NCBI GenBank assembly: GCA_046582655.1
Contig: JAYGDX010000081.1
Location: forward strand, 1-19,690
Origin: Candidatus Poribacteria bacterium
GTDB taxonomy: Bacteria; Poribacteria; WGA-4E; UBA9662
Direction of reading: 5' to 3'
DNA: 19,690 bases
Shown: positions 1 to 7,352 of the stretch, piece by piece
Layout: every line of letters begins with the position of its first letter
Position numbering within the stretch: the stretch's first letter is position 1
Program-made: the position numbers and the translations under genes
Notes under the pieces: model-generated
The model's database searches: none
The model's input: only the letters and a program-made list of their open reading frames with translations
Told to the model about the DNA's origin: nothing

Positions 1-750
1 AGGCACAGTCACCCTATTACCAACGTAAGTAACGATACCGATAGTCCCAACTGTAAGGGCTGTACCGTCTGCTTTGAAAACTGCCAAGCTAGTGGCATTA
101 GGAGCGGCAAAAGCGGCAGGAATATCCAGTACCAGCGTACCGCCGCTCAACACACCGGCGTTATCCGTGCTGTTACCAACAGCGGTATACCACATATTAA
201 TAGTCTGGGCAGTTCGACCAGCTACTTGCTCTACAGTTGTTTCTGCAGGGACAGTTACATCAAATTTATCGTCAACACCATCTGCATCAGAATCAGCGTT
301 GGCAAAACTGATAATACCGGATCCATCAGCCACCACATCAACACTGAACGACGTGTCGGCTTGAGTGACTTCTCTCACAACAAAACTCACCAGATCAGCG
401 GTAGCGCCAGCTTTAGCGGTATAAACAATGGTAATGTCCCCGGAAGCAGTCGGTGCAACGGATATGACCGGCACTAACGCGGTACCACCAGTAGCAGTGG
501 CGCTACCTGAAGCAACTGTAACACCGGCGCCAATCCAACCGGTCGGCGGAGTGATAGTAATACCTTGAGCATTAGTTGCGCCAGTAATGTTGATGGTGAC
601 GCTGTTATCTGATGAACCAGCAATAAATATGGTACTGGCAGGAGACACGGTCGCTGCGCCATAAGCCAGGCTGGAAAACAGAGACAACATCACGATCAAG
701 GAAAACACACCAAAAAAGTTCAATTTGCTTGGGAATGTGTTCGAATTCAT
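1..750 (-). CDS. Secreted beta-strand-rich surface protein (S-layer/adhesin-like), 5' part; runs off the left edge
   Basis: Not in the ORF track. Manual translation from ATG 750 gives 250 codons with no stop: MNSNTFPSKLNFFGVFSLIVMLSLFSSLAYG|AATVSPASTIFIAGSSDNSVTINITG...TYVGNRVTVP. GGAGG lies about 11 nt upstream, and there is an in-frame alternative ATG at 768. It has a Sec-type signal peptide, is rich in A/T/G/V/S and contains DSDADGVDDKFD. The function is inferred. Confidence 0.85.
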   Translation of the reverse strand, partial: MNSNTFPSKLNFFGVFSLIVMLSLFSSLAYGAATVSPASTIFIAGSSDNSVTINITGATNAQGITITPPTGWIGAGVTVASGSATATGGTALVPVISVAPTASGDITIVYTAKAGATADLVSFVVREVTQADTSFSVDVVADGSGIISFANADSDADGVDDKFDVTVPAETTVEQVAGRTAQTINMWYTAVGNSTDNAGVLSGGTLVLDIPAAFAAPNATSLAVFKADGTALTVGTIGIVTYVGNRVTVP

Positions 751-882
751 AAAGGATTTTTCCTCCATATTGAAATTGTAAAAGTTTGTTTTTCTGCTTT
801 TGCGAGTTTTAACACTCAAATTATGTTGCAAAGATGATGGCATTAACGCCCTCTCTTAAAAAACCCTGATAAAATAATTATA

Positions 883-918
883 ATGAATTCAGCTCTTTAA
901 ATGAATTCAGCTCTTTAA
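883..918. repeat. Perfect tandem duplication, 2 x 18 bp (ATGAATTCAGCTCTTTAA)
   Basis: 883-900 and 901-918 are identical. Confidence 0.95.
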
Positions 919-1110
919 AAAAACCTCTAAATCTAACCTGATTCAGACAACAACAAAAAGCCTCAAGTCCCGTAACGAACCAAGGCCAAATAGATTAAAA
1001 ACCTGTTCCTACCTTAATAAAAGCCACATCAATCTTTTTCATTGTTCGTCTGAGCCTGCCTGCCTCAAACCCCTTCCAATAGAAACCGGTTAAATACACA
1101 AAGATGCCCT

Positions 1111-1139
1111 ATAATACAACAGATGTAAAACAATGTCAA
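1111..1139 (-). promoter_or_regulatory. sigma70-type promoter for the surface protein gene
   Basis: Minus strand TTGACA (1139-1134), 17-nt spacer, TATTAT (1116-1111), with an A/T-rich tract upstream that could be an UP element. Confidence 0.75.
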
Positions 1140-1191
1140 TACCCTAAATGAAAAAAAAGGCAATAAAAAAAAGCAACTGATTCTAACTTTA

Positions 1192-1416
1192 TTACTTAAG
1201 TGAAACAAATTCAAAACCGGCAGTAACGATTGCCGATTTGAGCTGTTCAAGATCCGGACGATCCTGCTCAAACTTCAGCCTGGCCTCCCCTTTTTTGAGG
1301 TTGACCTTGACCTGAGAGACACCGTCGATACCCATCATGGCATCTGTCACCGTTTTGACACAATGCTGACAGGACATCCCGTCAATCTTGATTTTTGCTT
1401 TTTTTAGCATTTTCAT
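1192..1416 (-). CDS. copZ: Heavy-metal-associated (HMA) copper chaperone
   Basis: 74 aa with IDGMSCQHCV and AGF near the C-terminus. Start may be the second Met at 1410. Confidence 0.92.
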   Translation of the reverse strand: MKMLKKAKIKIDGMSCQHCVKTVTDAMMGIDGVSQVKVNLKKGEARLKFEQDRPDLEQLKSAIVTAGFEFVSLK

Positions 1417-1417
1417 A

Positions 1418-2179
1418 CTAGACCTTTACAACCAAGCCATCATAGGCCAATTGAACGTTTTCGGGTAACTTCCGATTGGTTTCATCATGATCCACCGTAT
1501 GCGTCATATGCGTAAAATAAGTCTGTTTAGGCCGCAGTTCAGCCACCACATCCAACGATTCCGGAATGGTCATGTGAATCCAATGTTCCGGTTCCCAGCG
1601 CAAGGCACCAAGAACCAAGACGTCCAGATCTTCTAACATGGCCATCGATGTGACCGGTATTTTTTTGCAGTCGGTGACGTAGGCGAATTTGCCGATCCGA
1701 AACCCAAAAACCTCAGTCTTGCCGTGAATAACGTGGACAGGTACAATTTCGTTACCAAAAACATCAAATGGACCGGTGAATTCGACCAATTGAATCTGCG
1801 GAATCCCGTAACCAAGATGCTCAAGCTGGAAAACATAATCAAAAACGTGGCGAATTCGAGCGGAGGTTGCCGGACTGCAGTAACATGGGATCGAATTTTG
1901 CTGGCGCGCAGAAAAAGCTCGCAAATCATCCAACCCATAAAGATGGTCAGCATGGGTATGAGTATACAGGACCGCATCTACCCGATCGACCTCCCATTGA
2001 ATGGACTGATGCCGCAAATCCGGTCCAGTATCGACCAGTACATTCTTGCCATCCATCTGGATTAAGATAGAAGCGCGATCGCGCTTGTTTTTGGGATCCG
2101 TTGAGGTACAGACTTCACATTTGCAAGAGATCCTGGGAATACCATGCGATGTACCGGTACCCAGAAACAAGACTTTCAT
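1418..2179 (-). CDS. MBL-fold metallo-hydrolase, PhnP/phosphodiesterase-like
   Basis: FLGTGTSHGIP, CKCEVC, VDTGPD, THTHADHLYGLDD, YVTD, THMTH and AYDG motifs. Confidence 0.9.
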   Translation of the reverse strand: MKVLFLGTGTSHGIPRISCKCEVCTSTDPKNKRDRASILIQMDGKNVLVDTGPDLRHQSIQWEVDRVDAVLYTHTHADHLYGLDDLRAFSARQQNSIPCYCSPATSARIRHVFDYVFQLEHLGYGIPQIQLVEFTGPFDVFGNEIVPVHVIHGKTEVFGFRIGKFAYVTDCKKIPVTSMAMLEDLDVLVLGALRWEPEHWIHMTIPESLDVVAELRPKQTYFTHMTHTVDHDETNRKLPENVQLAYDGLVVKV

Positions 2180-2194
2180 AAACCCAACTTGGAA

Positions 2195-2359
2195 CTAACC
2201 GTTTTTTGGAAACACAAAATGACACTCCGGACAATGATAACCGTAGGACCGAATCATAAAACCACATTTAGGGCAAATCCGCTTGGCCTGATGCCGAAAA
2301 AAGAAGATAAAACAGAAAAAGACCAGCAGGAGCGCCACTATTTCCCAAGGCCCGATCAT
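2195..2359 (-). CDS. 54-aa membrane-anchored zinc-ribbon microprotein
   Basis: MIGPWEIVALLLVFFCFIFFFRHQAKRICPKCGFMIRSYGYHCPECHFVFPKNG*. The ATG overlaps the nfo stop (ATGA), the ORF fills the intergenic gap, and it has one TM helix plus two CPxC knuckles. Too short for the ORF track. Confidence 0.85.
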   Translation of the reverse strand: MIGPWEIVALLLVFFCFIFFFRHQAKRICPKCGFMIRSYGYHCPECHFVFPKNG

Positions 2360-3201
2360 GAGTTGCCTTTCAACTCCTTGAGAACTTTTAAATTTTGACC
2401 GTGCATCGTGTCCATCTGGGGCGTTTCAATGATCATCGGAACTGCAGAAAAACGCGGGTCATTGACCAGCAACTGAAAAGGGGTGATTCCGATATGACCC
2501 TGACCGATATGCTGATGACGATCGACCCGACTGTGAAATTCCGATTTAGCGTCGTTGAGGTGAAAAGCCAGCAACCGATCCAAACCAATGACCTGATCAA
2601 ATTTCTCAAACGTCTGATGATAATCGTCCTCTGTACGCAAATCATAACCAGCCGCAAAGACGTGGCAGGTATCAAAACAAACTCCCAACCGTTCCGGATA
2701 CCTGGAATCGTCAATCATCCGGCGGATATGTTCAAAGAGGTATCCGAGATTGGCGCCTTGACCGGCAGTGGTCTCCAGAAGAAGCACCACATCCGTATGC
2801 CGAGTCTCCTCCAGCAGAAAATCCAAGCTCCGGCTTAAGTTCTGCAACCCAACAGATTCGCCAGCGCCAGTGTGGGATCCCAGATGCTTAACCAAATACC
2901 TTACACCCAGCTGGCAAACCAAGTCAATTTGCGCTTGAAAATGCTGACGAGACTTCTCCAAAACATCCGGCTTAGGAGATGCCAGGTTGGTCAAATGGAT
3001 ATCGTGAACGATAACCTCCTCGATCTGGTCAGAGACTTCCCATGTCTGACAGAAACGGTCGATTTCTTCCTGAGCGAGGGATTTGCTCTGCCATCGGTTG
3101 GGATTCTTGACAAAAATCTGGATAGCTGAACAGCCGAACTTTTCGCCGTTACTGATGCCATTGTGCAAACCACCGGAAACTGAGACATGCGCACCGAGCA
3201 C
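2356..3201 (-). CDS. nfo: Endonuclease IV (AP endonuclease family 2)
   Basis: LGAHVS, QIFVKNP, LLETTAGQG, CFDTCH, HLND, DRH and IIETP motifs. GTG start with AAAGGA upstream. Confidence 0.95.
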   Translation of the reverse strand: MLGAHVSVSGGLHNGISNGEKFGCSAIQIFVKNPNRWQSKSLAQEEIDRFCQTWEVSDQIEEVIVHDIHLTNLASPKPDVLEKSRQHFQAQIDLVCQLGVRYLVKHLGSHTGAGESVGLQNLSRSLDFLLEETRHTDVVLLLETTAGQGANLGYLFEHIRRMIDDSRYPERLGVCFDTCHVFAAGYDLRTEDDYHQTFEKFDQVIGLDRLLAFHLNDAKSEFHSRVDRHQHIGQGHIGITPFQLLVNDPRFSAVPMIIETPQMDTMHGQNLKVLKELKGNS

Positions 3202-3326
3202 TTGAGGGATTGACCGTCCTTTCTAAACTGAAGCCAGGGTCTTAATGTATCACATATGAAAAATAATTTCCAACTGAATTCGCTATGACTGACGGGTAAA
3301 CCGGAACTCCAAATCAGACGGAAAAA

Positions 3327-4313
3327 TTACTGGGCAGCAGATTGATCAGGTTGACACAAGTAACAGGCAACCTGATGATCCGCATCATCAACCTGATAGA
3401 GAGGCGGTTGCTGCTGGAGACATTGATCCAGCCGCTGGTCACAACGCGGATAAAACCGACAGCCGCTGTTAGCCGAACCACGCATCTCTTCCTCTGCCGG
3501 AAAGACAATTTCACCTTCCCACTTGACCGCAGGATCCGGCACAGGCACAGAATCGATCAACAATTTCACATACGGATGGTGCGGCCGATCTATCACGCTG
3601 AAGGTCGGTCCTTTTTCCGCTACCGATCCCTGGTAGAGCACATGAATCCGGTCGCTTACCTGATAAGCCGTACTGAGATCATGGGTAATATAAAGGAAGG
3701 AAATCCCATTTTCCTCCTTCAGGCGAAGCATCACATCCAAAATCGAAGCCCTTAAGGAAGCATCCACCATTGAGACAGGTTCGTCGGCTACGATCAACCG
3801 GGGTTCGATCATATAGGCTCTGGCCATCATAATCCGTTGGCGTTGCCCGCCACTGAGTTGGTGCGGATATTTCCGCAGGACATCTTGACCATGCAAACCA
3901 ACCACGTTTAAGGCTTCCTCGATCATCTGCCGAGACTCAGCCTGATTGCGGCTGAGGTTAAAATTCTTGATAATCAGGTTAAACACATGCTGGACACGAT
4001 AGAACGGGTTATAAACGCCGAACGGATCCTGAAAAACGGCCTGCACATTCCGGCGGTAATCTTTAACCTGTGCCCGATTGGCATGGGAAATATCTTGACC
4101 ATCGTAGATCACTTGACCGGAAGTCAACCTGGTAAACCCCAGAATCGCATTGGCCAAGGTTGTCTTGCCACTGCCACTTTCCCCAGCAATAGCGGTAATG
4201 GAAGCCGGACTCTTGCGGATTTCCAGGTTGAAGTCCTGCAAGGCGATGACTTCTCCCGTTCCCCCTCCACGCTGGCTATAGATCTTGGTGGCGTCACGAA
4301 CTTCCAGTAACAT
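3327..4313 (-). CDS. ABC transporter ATP-binding protein, OppF/DppF type
   Basis: GESGSGKT, YPHQLSGGQRQR, ADEP, HPY and a C-terminal Cys cluster (GCRFYPRC...C...VAC). Confidence 0.95.
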   Translation of the reverse strand: MLLEVRDATKIYSQRGGGTGEVIALQDFNLEIRKSPASITAIAGESGSGKTTLANAILGFTRLTSGQVIYDGQDISHANRAQVKDYRRNVQAVFQDPFGVYNPFYRVQHVFNLIIKNFNLSRNQAESRQMIEEALNVVGLHGQDVLRKYPHQLSGGQRQRIMMARAYMIEPRLIVADEPVSMVDASLRASILDVMLRLKEENGISFLYITHDLSTAYQVSDRIHVLYQGSVAEKGPTFSVIDRPHHPYVKLLIDSVPVPDPAVKWEGEIVFPAEEEMRGSANSGCRFYPRCDQRLDQCLQQQPPLYQVDDADHQVACYLCQPDQSAAQ

Positions 4314-5305
4314 TATTTAGCCTCACTGGCTTGATATGCATGACACGCCACCCATTGTCCCGGACGAATCTCCTGCGCAACCGGTTCCTGTTGGCGACAT
4401 TGATCCATCACCAACGGGCAGCGCAACTGAAAAATGCAACCTGGCGGAGGATGACGCGGATCATGGGTAATCCCTTCGGTAACCTTGAGCGGTTTGTGCT
4501 CCTTGAGTGAAGGCACCGATTCAATCAGCAACTGGGAATACGGATGTGCCGGATGATCAAAGATCTCTTTAACAAAAGCAACTTCAACAATTTTACCGGC
4601 GTACATGACAGCAATACGGTCAACCATCTGTGCCATCAATCCCATATCATGCCCAATCATAATCATTGACACACCCAGTGACTCCTTGACCCGCAGCATG
4701 GTCTGAGCCACAACCCGTTGAACCACCACGTCCAAGGCACTGGTCGATTCATCGGCAATAATAACCTGTGGACTAAGAGCGATGGCCATGGCGATGCATA
4801 CACGCTGTTTCATACCACCACTGAGCTGATGCGGGTACATATGATAAACACGTTCCGGCAACCCAACCATCTGTAACAACTGAAGAATCCGGTCTTGGGT
4901 TTCTTGCTTGGAAGTTCCACGACGGTGCGCATCGATCACATCCTGAATCTGACGATTGACCTTCATGGTTGGGTTCAAAGAATTCATGGCACCTTGCGGA
5001 ATCAGGGATAATTTTGCCCAACGTAACTTCCGCAACTCACTTTCGGTCAAATCCAAAAGATTCTGACCTTCCAGCAACACCTGGCCGGACACAATACGTC
5101 CAGGAGGAACAACCAGTTGTAAAATGCCCATAGCTGCTGTTGACTTACCACAACCGGACTCACCGACCAAACCCAAAGTCTCACCTTGATACAACTGAAA
5201 ATCAATACCGTTTACAGCCAAAACATCACCGGCCGGTGTTTCGTAGTAGACCCGTAAATCCTTGACTTCCAGTACGGCTGGCTTCCGGTTTTGATCCGAC
5301 ACCAA
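4313..5305 (-). CDS. ABC transporter ATP-binding protein, OppD/DppD type
   Basis: GESGCGKS, YPHQLSGGMKQR, ADESTSALD, HPY and a C-terminal Cys cluster. The stop overlaps the next start. Confidence 0.95.
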   Translation of the reverse strand: MVSDQNRKPAVLEVKDLRVYYETPAGDVLAVNGIDFQLYQGETLGLVGESGCGKSTAAMGILQLVVPPGRIVSGQVLLEGQNLLDLTESELRKLRWAKLSLIPQGAMNSLNPTMKVNRQIQDVIDAHRRGTSKQETQDRILQLLQMVGLPERVYHMYPHQLSGGMKQRVCIAMAIALSPQVIIADESTSALDVVVQRVVAQTMLRVKESLGVSMIMIGHDMGLMAQMVDRIAVMYAGKIVEVAFVKEIFDHPAHPYSQLLIESVPSLKEHKPLKVTEGITHDPRHPPPGCIFQLRCPLVMDQCRQQEPVAQEIRPGQWVACHAYQASEAK

Positions 5306-5316
5306 TTCGTCCCCTC

Positions 5317-6264
5317 CTATCCCGAGGCCTGACGCAGACGAGGATTAGCAATCTCATCCAGTCCCAGGTTAACCAAGAACAAGCCGACAAAAATAACTGA
5401 CAGAACCAGCGTTGGTCCTCCCCACCACCACCACATATTTCGCAACAATGCCGAAGACTCCAAAGCAAGATATATCGTCCGTCCCAAAGTTGGAACGCGC
5501 TGCGGCCCTAAACCAAGAACCTCCAAACTGACAGCTGCCAGGATGGCGCCGGCAGCACTACCAATAAAACTGGCTACCAGATAGGGCAACAAATTGGGCA
5601 TAATTTCACCAAACATCAAGCGAAAAACAGAGGTTCCGGACAAACGTGCCATCTGCACATATCCGCTTTCACGCATACTCAAGACCTGCGCACGAATTAA
5701 ACGAGTAGGTGATTGCCAAGCAAACAAAGCTAATAAGCAGGCCATCATGATTAAACTCACCTGCGGAATCAAAGCTTGAATAATAATTAAAACCAATAAA
5801 GAAGGTATTGTCATGGTAACATCGGCCGCCAACCGGATAAGGTCATCAATCCAATTGCCGATAAAACCAGCCATGAAACCGAGGATTGTGCCAACGCTGA
5901 TACCAAGACCGGCCGCCAACACACCAACAAACAATGAATTGGGTGCGCCGATAATCATCAGTGCCAGCATGTCGCGACCACTATTTTCTGTCCCCAACGG
6001 ATGTGCCCACGTCCCTTGCTGTCCTCGTCGATTCTCAAAACCGACCGGCGGCAAGTTAAGCGGAGAGCTGGCCACATAAACCAGATTCGTATCCCAAAAC
6101 AAACGCCCAAGAATCCCAATCAGCACGATGGTGCCAATGATTGATATTCCAGCCAGCAATTTCCAATTCAGCCAAGGAGTATCCCATCGATTCAATCGCC
6201 CCATTTTGGGTGGCGAAGGCAATGGTTCCAGCGACGAACTCGAATTCGCATCCATCTCAGGCAA
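5317..6264 (-). CDS. ABC transporter permease, OppC/DppC type
   Basis: HPLGTENSGRD, EAA-like loop YVQMARLSG and NPRLR terminus. Start is TTG 6264 or ATG 6255. Confidence 0.93.
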   Translation of the reverse strand: MPEMDANSSSSLEPLPSPPKMGRLNRWDTPWLNWKLLAGISIIGTIVLIGILGRLFWDTNLVYVASSPLNLPPVGFENRRGQQGTWAHPLGTENSGRDMLALMIIGAPNSLFVGVLAAGLGISVGTILGFMAGFIGNWIDDLIRLAADVTMTIPSLLVLIIIQALIPQVSLIMMACLLALFAWQSPTRLIRAQVLSMRESGYVQMARLSGTSVFRLMFGEIMPNLLPYLVASFIGSAAGAILAAVSLEVLGLGPQRVPTLGRTIYLALESSALLRNMWWWWGGPTLVLSVIFVGLFLVNLGLDEIANPRLRQASG

Positions 6265-6267
6265 CAG

Positions 6268-7278
6268 CTAACCCCCCTCATAAGAAATACGAGGATCAAT
6301 GAACGGATAGATCAGGTCTATAACCAAAACGGCGGTGGCGGTGGCAACGATCAAGACAAACAAAGTCCCTTGAATCATGTTAAAATCCTGGTTACGGATG
6401 GCAGTGAAGATCAAAGTCCCCATGCCGGGATAGGAAAAGATATACTCGACCAGAATCTGTCCGCTGACCATGGTTCCCAAGGAGATAGCCAAGGCGGTCA
6501 CTTGAGGCAAAATGGCATTGCGTACCATGTAGCGATACAAAGTGTAAAACGGGTTCAACCCTTTGGCACGCGCCAAATGCATATAATCCTCTCCCTCCAC
6601 CGTAATCATCATGCCACGCATACCCAGCGCCCAATAACCGAAACTAACCAGGACAATAGTGGAAACAGGCAGGATACCATGATAAATGACGCTGGATATG
6701 AACTCCCAGCTCAATTCGGGTTGCAGACCACGTCCGTAAGCACCCCTGAAAGGAAACAGATGCAATCGGAAAGCAAAAACGTATAATAAGAAAATAGCAG
6801 CCAAGACACTCGGAATAGAGGTAAAAACCATGGTTGCGGGAATGATCATTTTGACAATTTTCGGTGTTCTCTGCCAAGCCAACAAAGCACCCAAAAAATT
6901 GCCCAGCAGGAAGGTCACGATAGTAGATACCAACAGCAATCCCAACGTCCAGGGCAATGCCCGCTTAATCATGGAACTGACGGTGGTGGGGAAAAAGGCC
7001 ATCGAGTAGCCCATATCGAAACGCAACAAATTCCGCAAATAACGACGGTACTGCGTCAGTGGGGTATCATCTAAGCCGAAACGTTTCCGCCACCCTTCGA
7101 TGATCTTGTCGGAATTTTCGACGTAACCTGCTTGCTGGGACATTCGCGAAATCATGGCAGCAATCGGATCGCCAGGGGCCAACCGGGGAATACAGAAGAT
7201 TATGGTGGCACTCATCCAAATAGTCAGAAGATAGATGACTAAGCGCCTGACCAGATATTTGGTGTTCAAACCATCCAT
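6268..7278 (-). CDS. ABC transporter permease, OppB/DppB type
   Basis: PRLAPGDP, FGLD, ARAKGL, RNAILP, EYIFSYPGMG and DPRI motifs. Confidence 0.95.
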   Translation of the reverse strand: MDGLNTKYLVRRLVIYLLTIWMSATIIFCIPRLAPGDPIAAMISRMSQQAGYVENSDKIIEGWRKRFGLDDTPLTQYRRYLRNLLRFDMGYSMAFFPTTVSSMIKRALPWTLGLLLVSTIVTFLLGNFLGALLAWQRTPKIVKMIIPATMVFTSIPSVLAAIFLLYVFAFRLHLFPFRGAYGRGLQPELSWEFISSVIYHGILPVSTIVLVSFGYWALGMRGMMITVEGEDYMHLARAKGLNPFYTLYRYMVRNAILPQVTALAISLGTMVSGQILVEYIFSYPGMGTLIFTAIRNQDFNMIQGTLFVLIVATATAVLVIDLIYPFIDPRISYEGG

Positions 7279-7352
7279 CCCCTTATGCCATCATAATCAC
7301 GACAACGTAAAATCGAAGCAGGATAGCACCTAAAGAACATGCTCACAGACAA

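Noticed and set aside
74..662. Track ORFs 74..364 (+), 226..477 (+) and 474..662 (-)
   Set aside because: They are antisense or off-frame shadows of the minus-strand surface-protein frame (750 to <1).
851..930. Repeats considered as a mini CRISPR array
   Set aside because: The copies are directly adjacent with no spacers, and no cas genes are present.
1145..1190. T-rich runs downstream of copZ as an intrinsic terminator
   Set aside because: No convincing GC stem precedes the U tracts. They fit better as an A/T-rich element upstream of the 1111-1139 promoter.
2195..2359. Calling the microprotein tatA
   Set aside because: It lacks the FG hinge and amphipathic helix, and there is no tatC nearby.
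2144..2398. 84-aa plus-strand ORF
   Set aside because: It is antisense to the coupled 54-aa zinc-ribbon ORF and overlaps both flanking genes.
3246..3275. Possible nfo promoter (minus strand TTGGAA-N18-TACATT with TG)
   Set aside because: The match is weak and in an AT-rich stretch, so I cannot support it.
4735..4760. Walker B region DESTSALD instead of DEPTSALD
   Set aside because: The catalytic D and E are retained. A single substitution does not imply altered function.
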